DNA of 64,000 nt from positions 23,628 to 87,627 of the forward strand of contig CAWVRN010000018.1 of assembly GCA_963932905.1 (NCBI GenBank). Reading direction: 5' to 3'. A program made the translations under genes and the position numbers. Below are positions 1 to 9,639 of the stretch, piece by piece. Numbering within the stretch: the first letter of the stretch is position 1; every line of letters starts with the position of its first letter. This DNA is from an uncultured Bdellovibrio sp. (GTDB lineage: Bacteria > Bdellovibrionota > Bdellovibrionia > Bdellovibrionales > Bdellovibrionaceae). Under the pieces are notes generated by a model, which did not search any database, was not told the DNA's origin, and worked only from the letters and a program-made list of their open reading frames with translations.

Positions 1-551
1 CCGGGCATTTTATCAATTTTCGCACGGTTTGATTTGGCAGCAATTTCTTCATCGCACGACCATTCGCCCACTTTGCTAACCCAGCCAATGATTTCCGTTT
101 TAGGAGCAATTTTCTTTAAAGCTTGTTCACATAAGGCGCCCGCGATCACTCGCGAAAGTGTTTCACGACCAGAAGACCTACCACCACCGCGATGATCGAT
201 ATATCCAAATTTATTCTTCCAGACTGTTTCCGCATGACCGTGGCGAGGCTCTTCTTTAATTTTTTCGTAATCTTCACTACGAGCATTCTGATTGTGTACA
301 AGCCCGCAGATCGGGGTACCCAAAGTTTTGCCTTCAAAGATACCGCTGACAATTTCAAGTTTATCGGTTTCTTTACGCGCGGAAACCCATGCGGACGTTC
401 CCGGCTTTCTTCGATCTAAATAATTTTGAAGCTCGGCCACATCCACTGTCAAGCCAGCAGGAAATCCATCGATAAGGGTACCCATCGCACGACCGTGGCT
501 TTCACCAAAGGTATGCATCTTTATGCGATTTCCAAAACTATTTGCGCTCAT
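1..551 (-). CDS. aroC: Chorismate synthase, 5' part (runs off the window edge)
   Basis: Manual translation from ATG at 551: MSANSFGNRIKMHTFGESHG...RRKPG...VSGIFEGKTLGTPI...PRHGHAE...DHRGGGRSSGRET, all hallmark AroC motifs. Missing from the ORF track because it is truncated. Confidence 0.97.
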   Translation of the reverse strand, partial: MSANSFGNRIKMHTFGESHGRAMGTLIDGFPAGLTVDVAELQNYLDRRKPGTSAWVSARKETDKLEIVSGIFEGKTLGTPICGLVHNQNARSEDYEKIKEEPRHGHAETVWKNKFGYIDHRGGGRSSGRETLSRVIAGALCEQALKKIAPKTEIIGWVSKVGEWSCDEEIAAKSNRAKIDKMP

Positions 552-2391
552 CAAACTGACTCCAAAATAATTGCTGACCGCGGCCTTGCTCTTTGAACAT
601 TTCTAATCCCGAAAAATACGGAATGTTATGTTGCTTAGCTAGCTCAAGTCCCATCGAATTACCACCATAGCTTAAATCGAAAATGGATCTAATAGTACAG
701 TTTTTTGGAACTTGAGTCAGAAGACTGCGCGGAGCCGCCCAGATTAATATATCGATGTCTTTCATTCCTTTTGGCAACTTGCCATCACGCGAAGCAACTA
801 AATGAACATGAGGCACTTCGCTCTTAATGGCGGGAACGACGCCGCCGCCTCCCCACAATACGACGTTCAATTTCGGCAGGCCCTTTTTAAAAATTTCGCT
901 CGAAATTTGAGTCAAAGTTTTTAATAAGCCCATAGTATCTGTGTTCGCAATGTGAGCCTTTCCAATATTTTCAAGGTACAGAGTGTTTACCGATTTAATT
1001 TTAATTTCTGAACTCGATCGCGGTTGATAGCGACGATAAGCCGCTTCCTTAAACGGTGCCGTAATAGACGCTGCCTTTAGACCAATTTCTTCTAAGAAAC
1101 CCAAAGCATCGTCAAATTCCTTTTCTTCGATTTTTATTCGATAGTACGGCATATTCCTTTTCTTCATATATTCATAATGCAGAACAGGAGAATAGCTGTG
1201 ATGAATAGGATTACCAATAACCGCCGCGAAATGAGTAAAGCTATCGTTGTGTAAAAATGTATCTAGTAAAGTCGGTTGATCAGGCACCGTCGAAAAACCA
1301 TCATTTACAAAATTTAAAACTTGCTTTGATAACATGAAATGGCGAAACCATTGCCAGTCGCTGTTCTTGCTAGATTCATCACTGCGAGGAAAAATCAACC
1401 GGCCCGAAGGATTCATCATGTGCCAATCGTAAAGTCTTTTCAGCTCAACAAAAGACCGAATAACGGGGGAACATTTCACAATGGCTTTTGATTTGACCTT
1501 AACCAAGCCTTCTAATGTTTTTATGTTCTCGTCCACGTCGCGACGATGGCAGGAAATGATTAATTTTTTTCGAATCGCTGTCGAAGTCTTTGCGTTCATC
1601 TGATCCAACACAGAGACCAACTCAGAATCAACATCGATCGCATAAAACGACGGTAAAATATCTAGTAGTTCATCCAGATCATGAACGTTATCTTTCCTAA
1701 AGGAGAGAATCATTTTCGATTTCTTACCAAAAATTTCCACCAGACGAATAATATCTTTCGCCGAGAAAAAGTCGGTACGAAGCTCAACCGTTTCAAATGA
1801 TATTCGTGTGTTCACGTTATACGGATTCAAAGTCAAAATACCTTTTCTTTTTTTCGCAGTTTGGAACAAAAATTCTTTAAAAAGGCTTTTTTCTTGAATC
1901 AATATACCCTTTTTAGGCAAAGTTTTAGTATCTAAAAGAGAAATCCCTTCCGGCATATCATAAATGAAATCTGCTTTTTCAAAATATTTACGATTTCTTT
2001 TTTCAAATCGGGATAGATAGTCATCTAGGGGGCTTAGTTTAGGATCTAGTGCCGGGCGGTTCAAAAAAATACGCCCATCTGCATCTGTCGGTCGACGTAC
2101 CCAAACGCAAATCACGTCCTCTGGTAGATTTTCTAAATTAAATCCAGCGCCTAAGGATACGACGACATCTTTCTTATTTAGGATCAGGCGAGCCTGTTCA
2201 ACCTCTTTGGAACGAAAATACTCCTCACCAAATGTTTCAAAAATTTTGTAGACAGGGTTGGCTAATTTTTCCGCAATAACCGAATCTAAATCAAAATACT
2301 GAAACTGTGGAAAGTACGATTTCAATCGTTCAAGCAACTCCGATTTGCCTACACCACGGTGGCCAATCAGAACTATTTTAATCCCCGTCAT
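538..2391 (-). CDS. aroK-aroD-aroE: Trifunctional shikimate kinase / type I 3-dehydroquinate dehydratase / shikimate dehydrogenase fusion
   Basis: N-terminal P-loop GHRGVGKS, FDLD, GEEYFRSKE (AroK); central ELRTDF, IDVD, IISCH, IVKC (AroD type I); C-terminal VIGNPIHHSYSP, SITAPFK, SVNT, NTD, GGGG (AroE). Lies in the aro operon. Confidence 0.88.
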   Translation of the reverse strand: MTGIKIVLIGHRGVGKSELLERLKSYFPQFQYFDLDSVIAEKLANPVYKIFETFGEEYFRSKEVEQARLILNKKDVVVSLGAGFNLENLPEDVICVWVRRPTDADGRIFLNRPALDPKLSPLDDYLSRFEKRNRKYFEKADFIYDMPEGISLLDTKTLPKKGILIQEKSLFKEFLFQTAKKRKGILTLNPYNVNTRISFETVELRTDFFSAKDIIRLVEIFGKKSKMILSFRKDNVHDLDELLDILPSFYAIDVDSELVSVLDQMNAKTSTAIRKKLIISCHRRDVDENIKTLEGLVKVKSKAIVKCSPVIRSFVELKRLYDWHMMNPSGRLIFPRSDESSKNSDWQWFRHFMLSKQVLNFVNDGFSTVPDQPTLLDTFLHNDSFTHFAAVIGNPIHHSYSPVLHYEYMKKRNMPYYRIKIEEKEFDDALGFLEEIGLKAASITAPFKEAAYRRYQPRSSSEIKIKSVNTLYLENIGKAHIANTDTMGLLKTLTQISSEIFKKGLPKLNVVLWGGGGVVPAIKSEVPHVHLVASRDGKLPKGMKDIDILIWAAPRSLLTQVPKNCTIRSIFDLSYGGNSMGLELAKQHNIPYFSGLEMFKEQGRGQQLFWSQFDERK

Positions 2392-3598
2392 TTTCTAATC
2401 CTAAAATATTCCAAAATTGCGGGAAACTTTTATTAACCACGTGGCGATGAGCCAAGTCGACTTCAAATCCAGCAAAACCAAATAAAGCAGCAGCGAAAGC
2501 CATGCGATGATCATTGTCTGGGTCAAACGCAAATTTCTTTGGCTCAATTCGCTCGTTGCCTTCGATAATCATTCCATCAGCTAATGGACTGGCTTGGACA
2601 CCAGCTAATGTAAGAAGCTCATAAGTTTTCGCAATACGATTTGATTCTTTGTTAACTAAATGAGGTGCGCCATATAGTTTATGCATCCCAGGACAAAAGC
2701 TTAGAAAAGCCGCCAGAACAGGAAACAAATCAGGACAATTCTTCAAATTCACTTCTGCAAATTTTGGTAGGTCCTGCTTTGAAATGCTAAAACCCTTGGA
2801 ATCCAATTTATAGTTGATACCCCAATCCTTGAAAAAATTCAAAAATTGAAAATCAGGCTGACCAAATTTATTTGTACATGGTTTTACCTTCAATTCGCCA
2901 AACAGCAAAGCAAAACAGGTTAACGTAAATAATGAACTGGCGTCTACTTCTGCATCTAGCTTCTTCACTTTCACGCGCTGATGGGCCGGTATCTTTAACT
3001 GGGTGCCTTGTGTATTGATCTTCATGCCCAATCGTTGGCAAACATTCTGAGTTAAATCTAAAAATGATTTAGAAGCGACTTCTTTGCCCAAATCAATTGT
3101 AAAATCGTGATCTAAATTCCAACAATTGGCTAAAATTGCAGAAGCAAACTGACTACTTAAATCGGACTTCACATTAACTAAAGAAATATTCTTCCAACCT
3201 AACGAAGTCACACTCAATCCATTCGGAATCGAAGTCACTAGTGTTCCTATATGCTCAAGCGCGCGATACAAATCTCTTTGCGGGCGCTCTAATAGTTTTG
3301 CATGAGCCCGTACGATATAGCGACCCGGTTGACGACTTAAACGTGCAAGAAAAAATCTGAACGTGGTTCCGCCAGAACCAAGATCAAATTCGTACAAACC
3401 TTGCTCTAAGTCCCTTAAGGCTTGCTGAAGATACAGGACATCTTCGGCTTGTGATGCAAAATTTAGTTTCAAATTTTTATAGTGAGATTGAACAATAAGT
3501 AAACGATTGACGATCGATTTTGAGTCATCAATCTCGCCTTGATATTTAAACTGATCGGACCTAAACCGCAATATGCTGGCGCTCACGGCGTGATCCAA
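2378..3598 (-). CDS. aroA: 3-phosphoshikimate 1-carboxyvinyltransferase (EPSP synthase)
   Basis: SKS, GSGGTTFRF, SSQF, KESNR, DHRMA and KSFPQFW motifs. Start uncertain (TTG 3598 or GTG 3586). Confidence 0.95.
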   Translation of the reverse strand: MDHAVSASILRFRSDQFKYQGEIDDSKSIVNRLLIVQSHYKNLKLNFASQAEDVLYLQQALRDLEQGLYEFDLGSGGTTFRFFLARLSRQPGRYIVRAHAKLLERPQRDLYRALEHIGTLVTSIPNGLSVTSLGWKNISLVNVKSDLSSQFASAILANCWNLDHDFTIDLGKEVASKSFLDLTQNVCQRLGMKINTQGTQLKIPAHQRVKVKKLDAEVDASSLFTLTCFALLFGELKVKPCTNKFGQPDFQFLNFFKDWGINYKLDSKGFSISKQDLPKFAEVNLKNCPDLFPVLAAFLSFCPGMHKLYGAPHLVNKESNRIAKTYELLTLAGVQASPLADGMIIEGNERIEPKKFAFDPDNDHRMAFAAALFGFAGFEVDLAHRHVVNKSFPQFWNILGLENDGD

Positions 3599-4655
3599 TC
3601 ATTTTCTTTTGTCGTTGATATTCTTTTACGATTTGATCGACAGTCACCGATTCAATTTTTAGTTTTCCGACCCTATCTGGAAATACGTAACGAACGAATT
3701 GATTTTCTTTCTTTTTGTCCGCAGCCAAAGTTTTAGTCACCACATTCACAGATAGCGAAAACAATTCCTCTGTATAAAACAATCCCAAAACACCGCGGAC
3801 GACCTCGGAACTAAAAAATACTTCAAGATCTCTATCTACTTTGTAACCTCGAACTGAAGCCCAAAGAAAATCAAAATATATTCCCAACAGCACCGCAATA
3901 CCATGGTGAATATTTAATTTGGCTTCCCAAACATGGGCTATCGTGTGTCCAAAATTTAAAAGGTAGCGGATACCCTTAGTTTCAAACGGATCTTTTTTAA
4001 CGATGCTGTACTTGGCATCGATAGCCGCTGGCAGGTATGAAAAAAGATCTAAACTTGATAAGCGTTCCTTTGCTACTTGATGAAAAAATTTTGGTGAATG
4101 AATATAAGCAATTTTAATTAGTTCACCAAAACCTTCTACAGTTCTATCTATTGGCTGCTGGTTTAATAACGCCTTCACCAAAATTACCTTTTGGGGTGAA
4201 TAAATTGTGCCTAATTGATTCTTAATATCTTTGAAATTGATTCCATTCTTGCCGCCATGGGAACTATCCATCGCGGACAACCATGTCGAAGGGACTAAAA
4301 TCAATGGCAGACCGCGCTTCAATATATGTGATAAAAATCCGCCGAAATCACCAAGTGTGCCGCCGCCAATAACAACAATCTTGGTTCTCTTGTTTAGGTC
4401 GACTTTCTTATTTTTAAATACCAAGTCTAAAACATTTGATAATGTCGACATCGATTTAGTGGATTCGGCACCATCCAAAAACACGACGAGTGATTTAGAG
4501 GCTTTAAAACCAGCAACTGATTTTTTCAATTTCTTATCAACAAGAATTATATTACTTTCAGCAAACAACGACCCTAGCGACTGGATAGAGTCTTCGAATA
4601 TAACTTCAGTGCGCTGCTCAATATAACTAGAATAAGATTTATTTTTTTTCGTCAC
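3561..4655 (-). CDS. aroB: 3-dehydroquinate synthase
   Basis: GGGTLGDFGGF, RG, PST, DSSHGGKNG, KNQLG, LNFGHT and HG motifs. Confidence 0.95.
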   Translation of the reverse strand: MTKKNKSYSSYIEQRTEVIFEDSIQSLGSLFAESNIILVDKKLKKSVAGFKASKSLVVFLDGAESTKSMSTLSNVLDLVFKNKKVDLNKRTKIVVIGGGTLGDFGGFLSHILKRGLPLILVPSTWLSAMDSSHGGKNGINFKDIKNQLGTIYSPQKVILVKALLNQQPIDRTVEGFGELIKIAYIHSPKFFHQVAKERLSSLDLFSYLPAAIDAKYSIVKKDPFETKGIRYLLNFGHTIAHVWEAKLNIHHGIAVLLGIYFDFLWASVRGYKVDRDLEVFFSSEVVRGVLGLFYTEELFSLSVNVVTKTLAADKKKENQFVRYVFPDRVGKLKIESVTVDQIVKEYQRQKKMIGSRRERQHIAV

Positions 4656-5076
4656 TTTTGAATTCTTGTTTAGCTTTCTGGAAAGATTCTTTTAATGTCG
4701 TCATGCTATTTTGGAATCCCAGTTTAACTTGATCCCAAGCTTTGCCAGTTGAATTTTGAAGATTCTTAAAATCGGCTTTTAATTCTGAACGTCGTTTTTC
4801 CAAAAATTCGATTTGATCATTGATCTGTTTTTTAGATTCATCACTGGCAGTTTCTTTGGCTTTTTTTGCTTTAGCCTGGATGTCTTTAATTTCTTGATCG
4901 ATCGCCGCTAATTGTTCTTTAAATTCTTTTTGAATTTTTTCTTTTTGTTCTTTTGAAAAATCAGAAACATCATCAACTGTTTTATCGACCTTCTTGCCAA
5001 TTTTTTCACCAGTACCTTGGTTGGCGAAAACAAAAAATGAACCGAATGCTAGGGCTAAAAAAATTAGGGATTTCAT
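4639..5076 (-). CDS. Secreted Lys/Glu-rich coiled-coil hypothetical protein
   Basis: Signal peptide, charged helical body, AAGGAG RBS; 3' end overlaps the aroB start. Confidence 0.75.
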   Translation of the reverse strand: MKSLIFLALAFGSFFVFANQGTGEKIGKKVDKTVDDVSDFSKEQKEKIQKEFKEQLAAIDQEIKDIQAKAKKAKETASDESKKQINDQIEFLEKRRSELKADFKNLQNSTGKAWDQVKLGFQNSMTTLKESFQKAKQEFKSDEKK

Positions 5077-5108
5077 ATGATTACTCCTTAATAGAAGTAA
5101 TCATATGA
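5073..5108. promoter_or_regulatory. Perfect 13-bp inverted repeat covering the RBS and start codon of the first gene of the aro operon
   Basis: TCATATGATTACT (5073-5085) and AGTAATCATATGA (5096-5108). Confidence 0.7.
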
Positions 5109-5128
5109 CAGTTTATAGTGGGCGTCTA

Positions 5129-6634
5129 TTATTGCTTCGAGCGGCGCAAACCGCCAAATTCCTTTTCTATCGCAGAAAAGTCGGTTTTTGTGCCACTAAA
5201 CAACTCCCACGTAATGAACGATTGGGCTTTGTCTTCGTCCACGGTGGTCGAGGTAATTTTCGCGTTTAACTGCTTAACAAAATCAGTTGTGATAGCCTTG
5301 CTTGAAAAAGCGTCGCTAAAAAGCTGTTTATGCAGTTTAGAGATTTCTTTGTCTTTAGCATTAGCTTTAGTTAGGCCCGGATTGTGACCACCCTTTTTCG
5401 ATAATAAGAAATATGATTTTTTCTGTGGCACTGATTTCCAATGGCTAAGGGCACCCTCAGCAATAGTGGCGCCGTCATGTGAACCCTGGAAATAATAGAC
5501 CGTAGCATTGGTAGGATATTTACGTTCGTCATAGGTATTTTCCATTTCTAGCGTAATTCCTTGAGCCGCACATTCGTCTGCCCAGGTCGTTTTATCCATT
5601 GCAAGTTCTTCTACAAATCCGCGTGTACGGTTGTAATTCATAGTGAATTTGTCTTTTGAAAACCCGCCCAGTTCCTTGCAATAAAATCGAGTCAGGACAT
5701 TTTCATCCGTAGCACCAGGATGCTGAGCCGTATTGTATGGGTTCTGTTCTTTCATAATATTGCCATAAGCGCGATCAAATTCGCTGGCATTTATACCGCC
5801 AGATTCTGGAAGCAATTTTTTAAAATAATTATCTTTAACGATCCTATATCCGCCATCTCGGAATCCTGCTGTTCCCAGTAAATACATCAAAACATATTTC
5901 TGTTTATTATTGTTACCGTAAACGACATCATCAAACGCATCTCTTTGTTTTTCGGAAAGGCTATTCAAGATTAAATTGTACTTCTCTACTCGATGCGAAT
6001 AGCGCGATAAATTTTCAACTTTTCCCAAAACGCCTTCGATGACGATTGATTTTACGTTAGCTTCAAATTTATTAGCATAGATAGTTACAGGAACTGTTCC
6101 ATAACTAACTCCATATAAAGATACTGTTTTTAGACCGTAGGCTTTGCGTACTTCATCGATATCATTGGCGGTTTTGATCGATGAATATAATTCTTGATCG
6201 ATGTATTCTTCCCATGTGTCGGGTGCAGAACAGCCCACACCACGTTGATCAAAATGAATTTCATTGTAACCAGAACCTAAAATATCGGGATACGTGTGCG
6301 TATTTTGCCCAGGTCCACCATCTACAAAAATATAAGATGGCAAATTAGGGTCAAATTCCCGTTTTAAGAAAGTATAGATTTTAATCGTGCGTGACGGATT
6401 TGCATAATCAAATGGAACATCAATCCACTTGCCAATTTCTTTAGTATCCGCATCGCCTGTGTTTGTGTATTTGTCACAAAATTTGCGACCATTCATATAG
6501 GTTTCCTTAGTTACTTTCTGCAGTATCGGAACGCCAACTGTGGCGGATTCGTCGATCGATTCGAATCCCTTTCCACACGAAGTCAGCAACGCAGTACTTA
6601 TTGATAATGCAATCAACCCCTTAATGTAACCCAC
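5129..6634 (-). CDS. Lipoprotein alpha/beta hydrolase (S33 / prolyl aminopeptidase-like)
   Basis: Lipobox LLTSC, DGGPG, DQRGVGCS, nucleophile GVSYG, GSHD and GGH; GTG start with GGAGG RBS. Confidence 0.85.
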   Translation of the reverse strand: MGYIKGLIALSISTALLTSCGKGFESIDESATVGVPILQKVTKETYMNGRKFCDKYTNTGDADTKEIGKWIDVPFDYANPSRTIKIYTFLKREFDPNLPSYIFVDGGPGQNTHTYPDILGSGYNEIHFDQRGVGCSAPDTWEEYIDQELYSSIKTANDIDEVRKAYGLKTVSLYGVSYGTVPVTIYANKFEANVKSIVIEGVLGKVENLSRYSHRVEKYNLILNSLSEKQRDAFDDVVYGNNNKQKYVLMYLLGTAGFRDGGYRIVKDNYFKKLLPESGGINASEFDRAYGNIMKEQNPYNTAQHPGATDENVLTRFYCKELGGFSKDKFTMNYNRTRGFVEELAMDKTTWADECAAQGITLEMENTYDERKYPTNATVYYFQGSHDGATIAEGALSHWKSVPQKKSYFLLSKKGGHNPGLTKANAKDKEISKLHKQLFSDAFSSKAITTDFVKQLNAKITSTTVDEDKAQSFITWELFSGTKTDFSAIEKEFGGLRRSKQ

Positions 6635-6723
6635 GAAACCTCCCCAGGCCCAAGTTCGCGTAAATTAATCGAAGGTGACAAAACTCGCATTAAAATAAAA
6701 GTTTCTAGTAATAATTCAAAGAC

Positions 6724-6740
6724 TGTCGCCATTTTTGACA
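6724..6740. promoter_or_regulatory. TGTC-N9-GACA palindromic site
   Basis: TGTCGCCATTTTTGACA upstream of the hydrolase gene; the motif recurs in other intergenic regions. Confidence 0.5.
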
Positions 6741-6799
6741 CCGCAAAAACAGCTAAATGCTATGTAGATTGATTTTAAAGGAAGGACAAAAAGTGAAGT

Positions 6800-7717
6800 C
6801 TATAAAATTGGCTGAGGTTTTAACAGTCCCACATTGCCCAGCTTAGATGGAAGTTCTTTGCCCATTTGGGCTTGTAGCCAAGGTGCAATTGACAAAATTT
6901 TCTTTAAATCGATACCTGTTTTTACACCCATATTTTGAAACATATATAGAACATCTTCGGTAGCTACGTTACCCGTTGCCGCCGGTGCGTAGGGACAACC
7001 ACCAAGGCCACCGATGCTAGAATCGAAAACAGAAATGCCTTCGTTGTAAGCCGCAAGAATGTTGGCCAGAGCCTGTCCGCGCGTATCGTGAAAATGTCCC
7101 GCAATCGCTTTCGCCGGGATTTTCTTTTTCATTTTTCTGAACATAGATTGAACTTGTCCGACATGTGCTACGCCAATGGTATCACCTACCGAGATTTCAA
7201 ACGCGCCCATTTTATAAAGTCTATGAGCCATATCGATAACTGTTTTTTCTGGAACATCGCCTTCGAACGGACAACCAAAACATACACTTAAATACCCACG
7301 CACTTTGATTTTGTGTTTCTTCGCCATCGCGAATACAGGTTTGAATCGTTCGAAACTTTCTTCGATCGTGCAGTTGATATTTCGTTTTGAAAATGATTCG
7401 CTACAACCGGCAAACACAGCAACTTCGGCAGGTTTTAATTTCAACGCTTCTTCCATCCCACGTTCATTCGGCACCAATACCGAATAATGAGGTTTCTTGT
7501 TCCATTTATATAAATTATCCAGAACTTGATCTGTGCCTTGCATTTGTGGAATTTTATCAAAACGTACAAACGCACCGGCTTCGATACGATGAACACCAGC
7601 TTGTATGAGGCGTTTACCCAGTTCTACTTTTTGATCGACGCTGAGGATGACTTTTTCGTTTTGTAATCCATCACGTAATCCCACTTCGACAATTTTAATA
7701 TTTTTAGGTAATGCCAT
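6800..7717 (-). CDS. liuE: Hydroxymethylglutaryl-CoA lyase
   Basis: EVGLRDGLQNE, HFHDTRGQA, GGLGGCPYAP and GNVATED; liu cluster context. Confidence 0.95.
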   Translation of the reverse strand: MALPKNIKIVEVGLRDGLQNEKVILSVDQKVELGKRLIQAGVHRIEAGAFVRFDKIPQMQGTDQVLDNLYKWNKKPHYSVLVPNERGMEEALKLKPAEVAVFAGCSESFSKRNINCTIEESFERFKPVFAMAKKHKIKVRGYLSVCFGCPFEGDVPEKTVIDMAHRLYKMGAFEISVGDTIGVAHVGQVQSMFRKMKKKIPAKAIAGHFHDTRGQALANILAAYNEGISVFDSSIGGLGGCPYAPAATGNVATEDVLYMFQNMGVKTGIDLKKILSIAPWLQAQMGKELPSKLGNVGLLKPQPIL

Positions 7718-7726
7718 ATTGAACTC

Positions 7727-8113
7727 TTATGTTTCCTTAGTCGGTTCGATTTCCACGATCAACGCACCTAGCGCCACTTGATCTAGTTCTTTGAACGCCA
7801 CTTTCTTGATTGTTCCGGCCATGTTTGATTTTAATGTGTATTCCATTTTCATGGCTTCCATCACCAGGACGCTTTCGCCAACAGCTACAGGATCACCCAA
7901 CTTTTTGAACAGCTTAGTGATCTTACCTGGCATCGGTGCTAAAATTGTATTTGATTTAGCGTCTTTACCAGCCACTTTGCCGCGACGACGGCCAGAAGTT
8001 TCCGCATCGAATACTAAAGTTTCGCCATTAAGGTGGATCCAGACTTTGTCGCCGACTTTTTCGGCCATGGCTTTGTAGACTTGACTGCCGATTTTCTTTT
8101 CAAATTTTTGCAT
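7727..8113 (-). CDS. Biotin carboxyl carrier subunit (C-terminal part of a split methylcrotonyl-CoA carboxylase alpha subunit)
   Basis: APMPG and EAMKM biotinylation motif. ATG at 8113 overlaps the upstream stop (TAATG) and has a GGAGG RBS. Confidence 0.9.
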   Translation of the reverse strand: MQKFEKKIGSQVYKAMAEKVGDKVWIHLNGETLVFDAETSGRRRGKVAGKDAKSNTILAPMPGKITKLFKKLGDPVAVGESVLVMEAMKMEYTLKSNMAGTIKKVAFKELDQVALGALIVEIEPTKET

Positions 8114-9627
8114 TACCACATCCTCCACTGCTCAGACCATGGATTTTGGTACCCGCCATTTGTCGCCGTTGATTTAACCGCCCACGCCGATTTACCCATT
8201 TGCTTTTTGATTTCATCCACAAAGGCATCGACTTCGGGTTCGCGACTTGGTGGCTTTAGCGGTTCAGAGAAATATTTACTAATAAACTGAGTTGTCATCG
8301 TCCCCGCGATAAATTCAGGATGCGACAAGATCGCTTTTAAATAAGGAATATTTGTGTGCACACCAAAAATGACGGATTGATTTAAAACTTCGATCATTTT
8401 TTGAATCGCACGTGGACGTGATTCATCCCACACAATCACTTTAGCAATCATTGGATCGTAGAATGACGTGATGACATCATCTTCTTCAAACCCATACTCA
8501 AAGCGGCGCCCAGGCCCTTCTGGAAAATGAACATGTCCTAATCTTCCTGTACTTGGCATTCCGCCTTCGTATGAATTTTCAGCATACACACGGCATTCGA
8601 TACTGTGGCCTTGGAAAGATTTGTACTGATCTTCTGAAAATACGAAACTCTGACAGGCATTTAGGATTTGGGCTTTGACCAGATCAATTCCTAAAACCAT
8701 TTCTGTTACCGGATGCTCGACTTGCAAACGTGTGTTCACTTCCAGCAAGAAAAATTCACCATCTTGAAATAAAAATTCAACTGTACCCGCACTACGATAG
8801 CCGGCTGTTTGCGCAATCAAAGTAGCGGCTTCGCCCATTTTTCGGCGTAGTTCAGGGGTCAATGACGGCGAGGTTGCTTCTTCGATAATTTTTTGATGGC
8901 GACGTTGAACAGAACATTCGCGTTCAAACAAATGTCTAACTTTTCCAATGGAATCACCGAACACTTGAAATTCAATATGTTTAGCACGATCCAGATACTT
9001 CTCTAAAAACACTTTGGAAGAACCAAACGCGGACAAGGATTCACGTTGCGCTGATTCGATACGTTCACGGGCTTCTGACGCTTGAGTGATTAGCTTCATT
9101 CCTCGACCGCCGCCGCCTGCTGCGGCTTTTACGATACAAGGATAACCAATACGAGCCGCTTCTTTAGATAACGTTTCTACCGTTTGATCATCGCCTTCGT
9201 AACCAGGAACTAACGGAATGCCGCATTTTTTTGCTAATTCTTTGCAATGAACTTTGTCGCCCAAACTGCGAATGGCATTTTCAGAAGGGCCTACGAAGAT
9301 CATTCCTGCATCGACGCAGGCTTTAGCGAAATCAGCATTTTCACTTAAGAAACCAAAACCAGGATGGATCGCATCCGCGTTCTTAGCTTTAGCGCCTTGA
9401 ATATTAGATTTAATATTTAAATAACTCTCTGCCGGAGTCGAACCACCAATACAGACTTTGTGATCAGCCATACGGTAAGCTCTAGAATTTATATCGGCAT
9501 CCGAGTGCAATAATACTGTTTCGATACCAAGCTCTTCACACGCTTTGATAATTCGAACGGCCACTTCGCCGCGATTTGCGATCGCCAGGCGTTTAATAGC
9601 TAAATTGGATAGATCTGTCTTCTTCAA
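8113..9627 (-). CDS. liuD: Biotin carboxylase subunit of methylcrotonyl-CoA carboxylase
   Basis: IANRGE, HPGFGFLSEN, GGGGRGM, RECSVQRRHQK, EVNTRLQVEH and YDPMIAK; no BCCP domain. Confidence 0.9.
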   Translation of the reverse strand: MKKTDLSNLAIKRLAIANRGEVAVRIIKACEELGIETVLLHSDADINSRAYRMADHKVCIGGSTPAESYLNIKSNIQGAKAKNADAIHPGFGFLSENADFAKACVDAGMIFVGPSENAIRSLGDKVHCKELAKKCGIPLVPGYEGDDQTVETLSKEAARIGYPCIVKAAAGGGGRGMKLITQASEARERIESAQRESLSAFGSSKVFLEKYLDRAKHIEFQVFGDSIGKVRHLFERECSVQRRHQKIIEEATSPSLTPELRRKMGEAATLIAQTAGYRSAGTVEFLFQDGEFFLLEVNTRLQVEHPVTEMVLGIDLVKAQILNACQSFVFSEDQYKSFQGHSIECRVYAENSYEGGMPSTGRLGHVHFPEGPGRRFEYGFEEDDVITSFYDPMIAKVIVWDESRPRAIQKMIEVLNQSVIFGVHTNIPYLKAILSHPEFIAGTMTTQFISKYFSEPLKPPSREPEVDAFVDEIKKQMGKSAWAVKSTATNGGYQNPWSEQWRMW

Positions 9628-9639
9628 AATCTGTCTCCC

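Noticed and set aside
146..419. Two short ORFs at the window start
   Set aside because: Both lie inside aroC, which is read in another frame.
8100..8128. Possible frameshift error between the BC and BCCP ORFs
   Set aside because: The TAATG overlap plus a GGAGG RBS is ordinary translational coupling.
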